64,000 nt of DNA from Lingula anatina (taxonomy: Eukaryota; Animalia; Brachiopoda), in NCBI GenBank assembly GCA_051362555.1, contig CM120646.1:310001-374000 (forward strand), in the 5' to 3' direction. Positions within the stretch are counted from its first letter, which is position 1. Every line of letters begins with the position of its first letter. A program made the position numbers and the translations under genes. This document shows, piece by piece, positions 1 to 14,600 of this stretch. A model generated the notes under the pieces. The model was not told the origin of the DNA and searched no databases. It saw only the letters and a list, made by a program, of their open reading frames with translations.

Positions 1-1244
1 TGAGTTGCAAATGTGATATTGTCCAAAAGAAAAAAGGCAGAGAAAATATATTTTAGACTTTTTGAAAGTTACAGTTTTCTAAGTGATTAAAAATTGAAAA
101 CAAAAAAAGAACAGGATAATAAAGGACTGATCCTCTTTTGTTGTGTTAGTATAAGATTAGGTAAGCTTCCATGTGATTATCTCTTCTCCTCTTATTCATC
201 GTCAAATATTATTGTAAGTTTGCATGCTGATTTTTACTGTATTGTGTATCTTTTCATTTTTCCTACCAGGCAAATAAGTGATTGGAATAATTAGTCTGCA
301 ACCTCAAAACTCTGAACTTGCTGATCGCTGTTTTGAAATAAGAAGAGAACGGTGTCGGTGCTGCCCCCTGATGGTAGTGTGCTGCAGGGGGGGGGGGGGT
401 CGTAATTGGCTAATTGACGTGTGAGGACGGCAAGGTTTTAATCATTTAGGATTTCCAGTATTTTGGAGAGGTGATGTGCTGACAGGAATTGACTGGCACG
501 CATGGAAAGTGCTCCTGGGATTGAATGCACTTAATGTTGGGGTTCTTGCTGAACCGTGTGTTCACCTTCACTCGGTCATGTCTGGCAAACTAACAAAGAA
601 AACCATGAAGACTTAATACAGTTAAGGTCTCTTAGGAGACAATTCTGCACTATGTTGGACTGAAAATGTGGTTATTTCATCAGTCCAGTATAAAGACCAA
701 TACCAAGTCTTCACTAACTTCTTGTCCATTTAAACATCACCATTCACTTTATTGTTGATAAACTGGGCTAGAGCACATAGAATAAAAACAGAAAAAGTGA
801 AAAAACTTTGATGCAGTTGGCCAGATCATTTGACTATTTGGCACAGTTTGTATCGTCCTAGTACCAAGTATGACCATGGATAGAAAAGATCCCCAATTTG
901 GTATTGATCAACTGAAGGCAAATAACATTCATGGCATTGTTGCTTTCGGCAACATTAATTGACCATTGGTTTCGTGTAGTTTTCAAATTTTTCAAACATT
1001 CATTGTGGAAAAATAGTCACAGTTGGGAATAAGAAATTCTTGCCAGTGTCGTAACAATCAGGATAAAAATACCTATAGAAGATAGACCATGTGGAGACAC
1101 AGCAGTGATTGGAAGGAGGAAATACTGCCATAGTTTGGATCACAATCTCCTTATTTGTCTTGCTCTGTCTATCAAGTTAGTGGTTAACGGTTAAGACAGT
1201 GAAGATATATATATTTATATACCTAAGAACACTGACATAGCAGC

Positions 1245-1347
1245 ATGGCGTATCCCAAGACAGTAATGGCGTGGCTGTTCTGCTTTCTTATCGTCATGGA
1301 GACAATATCTGGGCCAGCCGCCTTACTGCAGTCAGATATATTCAGAG
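1245..1347 (+). CDS. IGSF9-like exon: signal peptide
   Basis: MAYPKTVMAWLFCFLIVMETISGPAALLQSDIFR, then G|gtatgt; phase 1 joins exon 4083 to give ...DIFR-D-PPRIT. Confidence 0.7.
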
Positions 1348-2600
1348 GTATGTTCATAGGCTGACGGTTTTCCAGGTAATTTTATTGGTGGATGGCAGTA
1401 ACAATTAGTTCTTTATTTCTTACCATAGCAATTGAAGAAGAATTTCTTTTTCAGACGAGTTAAATTTTGAGTAAGAAATTTAATGTACCCACTGGATATA
1501 TGTGTGTGTATGTATATGGAAACGTACATGTTTGCGTATGTGAGTGGAAATATAACGCTTGTGTACATGTATGAATATTGTAAATGTATCTAAAGGTTGA
1601 CCTGCTGTTTTATGAATAACTATTTTAAACACAGAATCTTGTTTCCCTGTATATTATGACTCTGTTTATGGAGAGTGGCTGGTGAGAGGGCACAGCGGGG
1701 GTGGGGAGGGGGGGGGGTCCTCACCTCCACCCCACCATACTATTAAAAATGTCTCATATGTAGAAATTTTAACAAAGTTCAAGCTTAAACATTTTCTTTA
1801 GTGATCACAGGTTTGGGACGCCCTGTTCGTTCCCTGTTTTTGTACATGTGTCTCTCTTTGTACATAATTTGATTAAAGATATTAATGGTTTAACTGCACT
1901 TGGGTGAGGGAACTGCAAATTTGACTGTCTATTAAATAATCAATTCAGTTCCAAGCTCAGATGACTAGTGTAAAGAAAATAGAATGTAATGTTTGTGACA
2001 ACATTTTCCCATGGAAACAAAGTATACTTCTTTCCTGAATTAGTGTATTTGATGAGAATCCCAATGAAGCCAGGAGATGTTTCATTCTTGGAAGAAGTCT
2101 TTGTTATCCATTCCATAGCTAAACTGATACAGAAAGCCACTTGATATGAATAGTGGAAATTTAGTTAAATCAAACACTGTGCCCTGTTCTGTTATGATGG
2201 TTACTGTGTCAATTTAAAGATGATATTATCCCCGTACGAGTAATAAAAAGAAGGGTTATTGATCGCTGTACACCATATGGGACCTCCTGTCCATCTGGAA
2301 CTGACAGTGAAGTTATTGAATTTGTCCTTTTTTCCATTTTTGTAAGAACCAAAGAAGGCATTTTCATTAAGTTTAACTTCATTTCCTGTATGTGGATGAT
2401 GATATTTTTGTGTGGGTTGGTTCTTTGGAGATGTTGTAATAGAACTCGTCTTTTAAACGGCCGGGCCACTGTGGAAATATCTGTCAAAATAATCATTTTT
2501 AGGTGTCTGTATCTTAAGTTTAGAGGTTAAGATATTGGATTTATGTTTCAAATGGCACATGAATGCTGAGTCAAATGAAATTGTCCTCCCCATCTTCTCC

Positions 2601-2640
<40 letters not shown>

Positions 2641-5600
2641 TTGTCTCTCACTCTCACTCTCTCTCTCTCTCCAGATTAATAACATTAGGAAGAGAACTTT
2701 CAAAGGAAAACCTCACAGTGCTTTATTCCCTGTCCTCTTCACCCAAGAAATCAAATTTGCTCTTAGGCCTAGCAATACAGCCTCCCCAATGAATATATAA
2801 CCAAGAATTTCTGAACTGAAAAAAATAAGGTGGAAGATAATGTAATTACTTAGAATTGATAGAGGTCGGATACGTATACAATTGATTACAGGGCTTGTCG
2901 CTCTATCAGTGGACAGTTCAGATGGCTTATAATCAGAAATAACTACCAAGATATAATTTTAGTATTAGAAAGTAAATAATCAATATCAAGTGAAACAGAG
3001 AATGATTTTTAAAAAGTTCAGTTGAAGGAATAAAAATACAGAACATAACAACTTTAATGTTAGTTGTTAGCAGTAAAGAGTGCTTTTAGCAATTTTTTCT
3101 GACTTTTTGTTTCACAAGGTGGATTCTTACAGATAACCCCACCCCCAACCCCCCAACTCCACCCTCACCCCCTTCTTCCCACTATTCAAGACTCCACATA
3201 CAATGTAATAATATTATGCCTGTGTTCTTTGTATTACAGCTCCAACTTAGGAATAGCTTATCTCATCAAAGAATGAGGTACAGGAGCTAAAGAACTACTG
3301 AAACTCTTTGTCTTTTCAGGTACTGCCCTAGCACTGGTCATATTAGCCAGTGTTCTGAGCATTACGAAGTTATAGCTTGTGTTTGTTTCAGCACACAGTA
3401 CTTTAGATCTATATTACGGGAAAAGGAGTTTCTCTGATGGGTCCATTTACAGAATGTCAGTATTGAATATCTGATAATAAGAACAAGTTTTGTGATGGTA
3501 TCGTTCTTGGAAAGGACACCACAAGGAGAAGTTCTACTGATAAGAAAAATTGGCAAAGTGTTGGTTTCTATCAGATATATATATGTGGTGTGGCCATGCT
3601 GAAGATTTCCCATTGTTCACCTGACTGAGAATTTGGGAATTCTTAGAATGGGTTGCATTTCAGGTCTTTTCATTTTTTTTCCATTCAAGGTCATTAAGCT
3701 TGGACTTTTCATGTTTCCCCCCCCCCCCCCCCCTCTGGTCCCCCTCCCTGTGCTTTCCTCCACTCTTTTGTGCCTGCCAGATACATTTGTGTTTACTTAA
3801 GTTCAATCTTGCATGGTTTTTATTTAACTCCTACAAAATATCAGATAAATATTTTACCTAAATTTTTCAGATTTAGTAAATTACCTTAGATATTTACAAT
3901 TAGTTTATTATGTTAATGTGAGCCAAGAAATAAAGACATTTAATTGAATTGAATTGAGAACTTCAAAAAGAAGTAAGGCTTTATATCACTTTGCCTTTAA
4001 AATCTATTTAAGATAATAAAACATTAAATCTACTACTGGATCTTACATTGAAATTAAAATGTCCAATGTATTCTGTCCACAGATCCTCCACGTATCACCA
4101 ACAGTTCCACACCAACCCTCATTCACAAGCGCGGAGACAGCGCCTCCTTGTTCTGTGAGGCATCAGGGATGCCGACGCCCACCGTGTCCTGGACCAAGAA
4201 TGGCGAACCTCTCATGGACAGCGTGGGCAGGAAGACTGTGGACGGCAACAGAATAGAGGTGGGTCCTCAGCAAGATACACATATCCTGCTTTTATATGTT
4301 TTTAAGTTTCTTCCATTTACCACTTGATATATTGATTAGATAATAAGCAGTTATCACAGTCTTTAATTATTCTGAAATACTGTGGTTTATAATTCAATAA
4401 AATTAGACACAGGACTACACCATGATGATGAGATGTGACAACACCATTGTGACTATCTCAGCAGTCATCTCAACTAACACATTGAGTTCTTTGATCTGAA
4501 GAATACTTTATGTCTCAACCAGCACATTGCTACAGGATCTCAACTAGCACAATGTGAAAAGGAAATAGTTTATACTACATACTATTGGACTATGTTAGTC
4601 TTTGTAGTCAGTGACTTTAAACACTTTCAGTAGACTGTAAATTCTTAATTTTGGAAAAACATCAAGGTGTTTCACAAAAAGATGTAACTTTTAGGCTAAG
4701 CTAAGACTGTTCTACTCAGAAAGATGTCAGTAGTAAAGGGACATTTAGCTTTTAAATAAAAATAGTAGTCTGTGACTCTAACAAGATTAATAAAAGCCTG
4801 ATATCCATCATAAGTTTTGTAATAAAACTAGTGCCCCTGTCGTTCACTTGATATATCTGGTTTCAGATTGTAGATTTACACCATGAAGATGGCGGGGTGT
4901 ATGTGTGCACCTTCACCAACTCTATCAGTCAGGTCAGCCAGAGTATCAAGCTGGTCGTAGAAGGTAAGTGGCCTGGAGACTGTTTGTTTGTTTTTATTAA
5001 TGGTAAACATTTATTACAAGTAATTAATTATAAACTCTGATACACTAATATGATCTGCTGTACAACATGGCAGGCCAGATACTCTCCCACTTCAGATATC
5101 TGACAGAGATAATCGAAACAGGAGACATAATTAGTTTAAGACATAATCAGTTTAAGAGAGAAATAAACTGCAGTATTTTCCATGTTTTTGCACTGATGAA
5201 CATGATAATACATGAGGAGCTGATTAATTAAAGCCAGCTACAGCAGGTGGGGAATCTTGTACCCAGTTTGTAATCAGTTGTATTCTGGATTGAGATTGTG
5301 TCTGGAATTTCTGGACAAAGACATTTTCTGTAACACACAAGGGCACACTTCAATTTTAGAAATTAGGCTATGCTGTGTGTGAATATGGCTGTATTCCCTA
5401 GTCTCACTAGATTACTGTCAGATAATCCGGCTTAAATGTCCTTCCCGCCTACTACAAGCTGTAAGGGGGTAATTAACTTTCGTGTCCGCTCGGCTGACAG
5501 CTATTTAGCGTGAACCCTCAGGGAGTTAGGTCGATCTAAAGTAGATCAATCTAATCTCTGGAAATGGGGTCTATGTTTCAATGCAAGTTTAAATAAATTT

Positions 5601-8600
5601 ACCGTATGGTCATACAGAGTGAAAAGATAAATGGAGCCTTAAATGTGTGTGAGAACATAATATGTCTTAGTCAAATGTTGCTGTTGTCGCCATAAATGAA
5701 GCTGGAAATGTTCTTTTGCTTTTTGAGTGTAAATTTTGTATCAGTTTGGGTAACAATTTGGTGGCAGTATCGAGGTTAAGAAACATAACACCTCAGTTCT
5801 CAAACGCTTTGACTATTAGTTAGAAACTTCCTGGTGACTGTCTTGTAAACTGTTTTTGTCCATTTCGTTTGATGATTCTATAATTTCAGTATTCCCTGAT
5901 TGACATATCCATGTTGCTGTTTGTCGTCTGCTGTATAGAATCATCCATTGTGGGACTAGATTCTTTGCCAAGTAAAAGAGGTGGGGATGGGGGGGGGGGG
6001 GGGGGTGGAGAGGGGATATCTGTAGAACTGAACATGTAAGCTAATGGTTGTTGTGGAGCTTTCTATATTTCATCACTGGATGGTAAGAACATAGAGACAT
6101 CTCAGTGATAGTACAAACAGGCCAGATTGTCCCAGGGGAGACATTTGTTGTGTTAATTGAATTGCTCCCAATGCACAGGATACTTTATTACAGCCTGTAA
6201 TGAGGTATATGGAGAAATCAGGCTTCAGCAAGCAGCACATTGGCTCTGCAGTCTCTGCCTTTAGTTTTTGGGAAATTTATCCATTCCGTGGAACCCAGAG
6301 ATCGTTTCATTCATACAAGGCATGAACACAAAAAATTCATTTTCAACATTAAAATATCCAATATATGTATTTTTTAGACATTGCACAAATAATCCATTCA
6401 TTGATGAACAGTTAACAAACCCCAGCTTAATTTTGTAAGGCCCATATTTCACACAGACCACGAATCCCAAGAATCGCCAGGAATTGAGAAATTTCAGGAT
6501 TCGTGAGGATTCGTGAGATTTTGCCAATTTTCTGGTCTAATTCGACATGCTCACGGTTCAGTTACGATACAGGTACGATAAGGTTACGAATATTCGTGGG
6601 ATTCGGCTGGAATCGTGAGATTTTGCCAATTTTCTGGTCTAATTCGACACGCTCTACGATTCAGTTACGATACAGGTGCGATAGTGTTACGAATATTCGT
6701 GGGATTCGGCTGGAATCGCACGAATATTGTCAAGAAATTCACTACGATTTTTTGGAATCGGGAGTTCGTGGCAAAAACTTTGAACAGCTTAAATATTTTG
6801 CCACGAATTCTCGATTCATCAAGAATTGCAAGAACTGACTACGATTATATACGAATCTGTTAAGAACTTCACGAACTGATTACGATTCAACCACGAATCC
6901 TGAAATTTTCAATTCCTGGCGATTCGTGGGATTCGTGGTCTGTGTGAAATAGGGGCATCAAAGTTTTTGCCACCAATCCCTGTTGGTCATGAAGTGCAAG
7001 AACTGACTACGAATATATACGAATCTGTTAAGAACTTCACGAGCTGATTACGATTCAACCACGAATCGTGAAATTTGTCAATTCCTGGCCATTCGTGGGA
7101 TTCGTGGTCTGTGTGAAATAGGGGCATAACAGAGACATTGCCTTTCATGGCAAGGAAATCTTATACTTGAAAGACGTGCTGGTTTTGACATTATGGAATG
7201 GGGTATTGATTTCATTTGCACCTTATTCTGTATATGTATTTTTATGTAAGGCAAATGCAGCCATTGCTTTGAATTTACTTCAGACATGTTCTCATCAGGA
7301 TCATCTTAAACTTAAGAGAGGCCAATTCATTTCTTGGACATGTTCTCAACCAGATCAACTAAAACCTGAAAGGCACTAATTCAAATCCTCTTTATTTAGT
7401 ATTACTCACAATTTACTACTTAAAAAATATAATATATACTTAATTATTTATTTATTAAATATGTATTTATTTTGAAGTTTGTAAACTATCATGGCAGTCT
7501 GTTTACTGTTTATGTTGACATTGATGTGAACCTGTCCAGTGGTGTACCAGATAGCATGGACTCAGATGGCAAACTCTCTCAGGATAAAACTGTTACAAAA
7601 AATTGATCAAAATGAATCCAGACATTTCTAAGAAATGCAACCATCAGTAGATGAGAGTATTTATTGTGTTTGTATCAGAGTAAATAAGGCAGTGTAATTA
7701 TATGGTGTTTTTACATCTGTTTTTTTAAAAGAGTATAATCAGCATGGCCAGCTGAGAAAGTCCCAGGTGAACAGGGAGATCCCCTGATACTTCTAGAAAA
7801 TGTTCTTAACATGAAAACCATGAACAGGAAAGCATTAAGAAGTGACCACAAAGAGACATTACTACAAATACAGGCCTCATGAACGATGATTGGTTTGAAT
7901 TGGTTATTCAGCATTCATGATCACAAACCTGAAAAATATGCACTTAAAATGACCTAATACAAACAAACAATTGTCATTATAAATTGGAAACAAAAGTGTT
8001 GACTTAATAGTATAGCCTAGTTTCTTTTTTAACTTTAAAGACACAAGAAGGGAGGGAGGGAGGGTATGCCAGCTCACTGGGCATGAAACATGATAAAGAG
8101 GACACCAAAGTAAAACTACATATTATCAGGATAATTGTGTGCAATGGTGGAAAATGGATTCTAAATGCCAAGCTAGACTGTTCTGTTAATATGGTACAGC
8201 TGAGGACAGAGCTATCACTCTAAGAAAATTGTATCCTTGATTTCATTATCTCTTGCAGAATTTACTCACAGTAGACTTTTGAACTAGCTTGATACACCTC
8301 TAGTAAAACCTGGTGTGTTTGTGCACTTTCACATGCATCGGTTAGAGTGTGCTTTTGTCTTTGAGGGAGTGTGAGTGTATATGTGTGTGTGTGTGTCTTT
8401 GTGTGTGTGTGGGCGCGCGCAAGGATACATTTTCTTATGCAACTAAACTAGTGCCTTGTCTTGTTGGTCTTGTCTTGGAGAGAGCCAGGTTTGCAGCATT
8501 TTGTTCAAATGTGTAAACGTTCCTCCTCGGAGTGTGGGGTTCTGTGGAGTCTCTCAGTTGTTAAGGATTCCATTTAAATTCTGCTGAGACTTGTCTAGCT

Positions 8601-11600
8601 GGTAACAATGTTAGGGTGGTTGATGGTTTAGGAAATAGAAGGAAGACTACTGGGTGATTGGTGATCTTCTATTTGTTTAGAGCACCTGTTAAGTTCACTT
8701 GTACTCTCTTAAGGGGGATTTGGTGTTGCTGAGAAAGTTTGGTAGATTTTTTACAGAAAGTGATTGATTAATTCAGTATACATTTAAGGGCTCATTTCAA
8801 ATATGTCACACAAAAATAAAATCTTTCAGTTAAGGTGCCTTCTTAAAGATGCTTTTCCATATTTGATTAATTGGATCTTTGATTGATTCTTTGATGCACC
8901 TGTCCAATAATTCATCCTTTCATTTCTTCATTCATTAGTGCATTTATCTATTCATGGAAATTTAAAGTAATTTCATCCTAGAAGATAATAAAAGGTGCAA
9001 ATTAGGTGTCAAGGAAGAGTTAATGCACTCCTACAAACTTTCTGAATGTCAGTAATGGATAAAGAATAAAGTCCTACTGAAAAGAGAGGAGTTAATTTCC
9101 TGTAAGTGTGCAGCCTCCCAGCCCAATTGTTCAACTTAGCAAATACATTGGATTCGACAGCTGAATCAATGAGGGAAAGATGGATGCTTTCTGCTTGGTA
9201 CGGTACTTATTCACTTGATTTGAACAAAATGGATTAATTCTTTCGGGGTGATCATATATTGCATGTAATGCCTTAGAAAGATGATTTAGTATTTCCAAAA
9301 AATAAAGATCTTGGATCATGACAAAATTTTTATTTAGTGAGTAAAAAATTAGCAACGCTTGAAAGGAAAAGTTGGGGGCTTTGAAATCCATGAGTATTTA
9401 CCGTACTTCTGTTTCTCCACTGTCAGAGAGAGTGTGAGCATTGATTTCACCACTGCTAGTGGACACCAGGTGTCAGTGAGGATGGGGGTGGTGGTGACCG
9501 CCAATGTTTTCTCTGTAACCTTCTTCTTAACACAACTGTCCAGTGAAGCTTGGATTTTTAATAGAACATGTAATGTGACCATTATGTCCATGAAACAGTT
9601 CAGACAAGGTATAGTGAGATTTTTATTGTTATTATATTATATTTTTAGTAGTAGTATTGTTTATCTATGCATTGTTAGTGTGATTTTGGGAAATACAGAT
9701 TAACATAGGAACAGAGGGAATGAGAATAGAGAAAGAGACAGACAGACTGACTAAGAATCTTCATCAGACAAACTGTAATAATGAAACTAGTCTCTCTCTC
9801 TCTCTCTCTTTCATTAGTTTACTAATTTTGTGTCAGTTCAAACCCTTTTACATTATATTTTAGAAGTACAAATGATATATGCTTATTAAGAGAGATTCCT
9901 GTTGAAAGATTTAATACAAATATAGAAGTAGATAATTTATTTTCTTTTTTTCACACACATTCACTTTTGCTCACTGGAGATGTTTTTATGTCCCAGATCC
10001 TATTGTACTAACTGTGGATCGATCTATCTCCATGGGGATTCTCACTAAATTGCTATCAACTTAAGTAGCTTAGATGTCTGTCATGCCTACTGAAGCTGCT
10101 AGGGGATTATTAATGATTGTTTGGCAGCTTCAGTAGGCATGTCAGACATCTAAGCCACTTAAGCTTAAAGCAATTTAGCAAGAAATCCCTCAGAGAGGAT
10201 CGATCCTGTTAGATCAATCTAGGTATGGGAACCCAGTCTAAGATCTACTCACAGTGTGATAAACAGATAAGTCTTTTTCAACACAGAATTAATACATTCA
10301 AGCCAGCATGCTATTGAATGGTATTTTAATAAAAACTGTGGTATATTTTTTAGTGTCAGATTCACAAATAGACTAATTTAGATAAGACCCTGTCACAGTA
10401 ATATAAGTCATTACTCACATCTCCTCATAATACATTTCAACCATTACTGATAACGACTTATGTTAAAACGAAAGTCTATTTTGGAAAATCTTTAGGATTC
10501 ATCTGTGTTTTACCTTTTATCATACACAGTGTGGGATAGTCACATTGTCTCAGTTTGTGGGACAAACATGTGAATTGACAGATTTCTTTGCAGTCTTTGA
10601 TTATTCCTGTCTATCACTGGGTGTAGCTGAGAAACTGGCTGAGAACAGTGGGATCTATTTGGTCTAATTTTACATTTGCTTATTAGCTTTCATGTTTGAG
10701 ACTCCTCACATATCTCACATGACAGAAAAGAAAGTTGCAAGTGCTTGCAAAGAAAGTTATTAAAATTTTCTTATACTTTGAGAAGTTAATTAAAAATCAA
10801 AAGCGGTGAGAGATCAAGTGGGAGATTGAAATACGTTAGAACTATGAGTTACTTTGGCATTTGAATCCCAGAGAAATCCAACTCCTCCACTGGTGAATTC
10901 AGTTCAGATAGTTCCAGTCCAGGTTGCCATGACAACAAGAGTTAGCTGAAAAGTCCAGTCTAAGAAGCAGTAGTAGGATGTTTCAGACAATTGATCTTGA
11001 CATTTTGTTGAAGTCCCAGTTGCCATTCATCCTCCTCTCCATTAACTATGGCCCTGGTTGTGTTATTGATGCCCGCGTGTACCCCTGGGGTGTTGGAAAG
11101 TACAGAAGAATTGAGATGGATTCTATTGGAATAAAGTAGAAAAGCACTTGTAGCATTTTTTCTGCATTAGAATTTATTGAATATATTGTGTAAATATCAG
11201 CTGAGAAATAGATGCAAGTACTGTATCAGAGAGCACTGCCCCCTCACCATAGGGCCCTTACCCTGTCAACTTAATTCTTATATGCTTCAGGGTTTAAAGG
11301 TACAAAGTACATGCTTTTTTTCATGTAAAAAAATGCCCATGGTTATAACAACATAATCCTCACGCATTCAAGATATATTTCTATCTATTCTAGGCAGTGC
11401 ATTCATTATGACGCCTCCTGAGAATACCACAGTAAGGGAGTTCCAGAAGGTGAAGCTGAACTGCCAGGCTGAGGGATACCCTGAAAATATCACCTACAGG
11501 TGAGTCTTCCATAGCAACATCACCTACAAATAGGCCTTTCCTAGCAACATCACCTACAGGTGAGTCTTCCCTAGCAATGTCACCTACAGGTGAGTCTTCC

Positions 11601-14600
11601 CTAGCAACCTACAAATAGGCCTTTCCTAGCAACATCACCTACAGGTGAGTCTTCCCTAGCAATATCACCTACAGGTGAGTCTTCCCTAGCAACATCACCT
11701 ACAGTTAAGTCTTCCCTAGCTACCTACAGGTGAGTCTTCCCTAGCAAAATCACCTACAAATAGGCCTTTCCTAGCAACATTACCTACAGGTGAGTCTTCC
11801 CTAACAAAATCACCTACAAATAGGCCTTTCCTAGCAACATTACCTACAGGTGAGTCTTCCATAGCAGTGTCACCTACAGGTGATTCTCCTCGTTTCCAAG
11901 GTACTTGTATAATCACTAGCTTTTCTGTATTCTACTCAATGCCAGGAGGAGGTGTATTCATCTTATAATGTGACTGCATTCAGAGAGTTAGTTGGAACCA
12001 CCTGCAATGATAGTTTAATTGTAAATGCACCCATAAACAAAAAAGGAGTGTATGAAATTGCTTCTGCTAAATGAACATTAAGCATTATTATTTAATTATA
12101 TCATATATCTTTCAGATGGTACAGAGACAATGTGGATGTAAAGTTACACCCAAAGTTCATGGAGCGTGGTGAAATTCAAATTGATGGCCGTTTGGTCATT
12201 AGTAATGTTCTCCGCACAGACTCAGGATGGTACAGGTGTCGACCCACTAACGGCATTGGCATGGCCCCAGAGGCTAAGGCGTATCTCAACGTGACCTGTA
12301 AGTAGGCTAAGGCATATCTCAACGTGACCTGTAAGTAGGCTAAGGTATATCTCAGTGTGACCTGTAAGTAGGCAAAGGTATATCTCAATGTGACCTGTAA
12401 GTAGGCTAAGGTATATCTCAATGTGACCTGTAAGTAGGCTAGCCTGTTCACAACTGTACTATTTCTTTTATTGTACCACCAGCGTAGGCGCTGGCGGTAC
12501 ACATGGTTTTAGTCCCGACCCGTATGTCATCCGCCATGTCATCGTAACCGCTTCTCCTCCTAGACCACAAGGGCCTGCATACCCATCTCTTGGATTTAGG
12601 TCACCTATAATCTCAACTCGTTCCACGTAAAATTTGGGCTTTGTCGGTATTGGGGTCTAGGTGTGGCGCTCATTGCAATGCACCCTTGTCCAAAAATGGC
12701 AAAATTAAATGCTAATTATCTACCCTACGGAAGGAATTATGGGAAAAATTTCTACAGACGGCTTTCTAAAAGTCATATGTGTAGATTTCAAATATGCCCT
12801 TGGATTTGACCTTTGACCTTTATTTCAAGGTCAAACGGGCCAAAATTTTCAAAAAAAATGAAATTTTTTACGAAAAAAAAATTATTTGCGCTGTTATTCA
12901 GACACTACACAGACTTAACCAATAATATTATTTGAAAGTGTTACCCTTCGGGTCATCTTTCATCTCCGTGAATTTGGGGTCAATCGGTGCATTTTCACGG
13001 GAGTAGCGGCCATAAGATACCGAAACTGAAAACTGTCTCTAATTCGGGAACCGTTTATGCTAGAGACCTATTCTTTTTTGCATTTTGTAGAGCATGTAAA
13101 GCCCAACACTGGAGGTGGTATTCCATACAGTTTTCGAGTTACGCTGTATCAAAAAGTACATATTGGTGGTGAAAGCAAAATGTGCAGTACGGTAATGGAT
13201 AATAAATTTTGAACCCCGGGAAAATAAAACATAAGGCTTGGCGAGGCAGACAACTTCTGGTCAGAAATGACATTATTTCATGAAATTTGAACATCTGGAA
13301 CTTCTGAGCACCTCCCATTTCAAGAATTTCAACCCAAATGACCTTTTCTTTATTTTAATTAATTTTTTCTGTACGAAATTTATGGCACATTATTGTAACT
13401 CCAAAATTATAACATTTAGTCCCTTATATCTCCAAAACTGGCAGAGATAGGTCCGTAGTTACTATTGAAGTTGAATAGGAAGTCATATAGTGGCAATCTA
13501 AATGTGACCTTGAAATTGACCTTTGGCCTACTTTTCACTATGAACTGAACTTTGCAAATGTTTGTTCCCTTATATCTCCAAAAGTGGCAGAGATATGTCC
13601 ATAGTTACTATTAAAGTTGAATAGGAAGTCACATACTGGCAATTTAACAGTGACCTTAAAATTGACCTTTGACCTACTTTTACCAATGAATTGAACTTTG
13701 CGAGTTTTTGTTCTCTTTTATCTCCAAAACTGGCAGAGATAGGTCCATAGTTACTATTGAACTTGAATAGGAAGTCACATATTGGCAATCTAAATGTGAC
13801 CTTGAAATTGACCTTTGACCTACTTTTCACCATGAATTGAACTTTGCAAATTTTAGTTCCCTTTTATCTCCAAAACTGGCAGAGATAGGTCCATAGTTAC
13901 TATTGAACTTGAATGGGAAGTCATATAGTGGCAATCTAAATGTGACCTTAAAATTGACCTTTGACCTACTTTTAACTATGAACTGAACTTTGCAAATTTT
14001 TGTTTCCTTATATCTCCAAAAGTGGCAGAGATAGGTCCATAGTTACTATTAAAGTTGAATAGGAAGTCACATACTGGCAATTTAACAGTGACCTTAAAAT
14101 TGACCTTTGACCTACTTTTCACCATGAATTGAACTTTGCAAATTTTCATTCCCATTTAACTCCAAAACTGACAGAGATAGGTCCATAGTTACTATTGAAC
14201 TTGAATAGGAAGTCATATACTGGCAATCTAAGTGTGACCTTGAAATTGAACTTTGACCTACTTTTTACTATGAACTGAATTTTGCAAATTTTCGTTCTCC
14301 TTTATCTCCAAAACTGACAGAGATAGGTCCATAGTTACTATTGAACTTAAATAGGAAGTAATACACTAGCAATCTGTGACCTTGAAATTGACCTTTGACC
14401 TACTTTTTATGATGAACTGCTTTTTGCATGTTTTCTGGCCTTTAAATCTGCAAAATTGGCAAAGAAATGCCCATGGTTGCTATTGAACTTGAATAGAAAT
14501 TCATATACTATGATATTGAAATTGACCTTTGACCTACTTTTTCACCATGAACTGAGCCTTGCATATTTTCTTGCCTCTCATATCTTTAAAACTAGCAGAG

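Noticed and set aside
2535-2792. ORFs with SLSLS/ERERE/YIYI/CVCV runs here and elsewhere (16.0-16.4, 38.1, 39.4, 48.0, 61.7 kb)
   Set aside because: Dinucleotide microsatellite translations.
11488-11888. CRISPR-like regular 30-bp repeats
   Set aside because: Head-to-tail units with no unique spacers, eukaryotic intron context, no cas genes.
11716-12502. Minus-strand ORFs with repeated peptides (REDSPVG..., YLQVTLRY...)
   Set aside because: Translations of the 30- and 33-bp minisatellites antisense to real exons.
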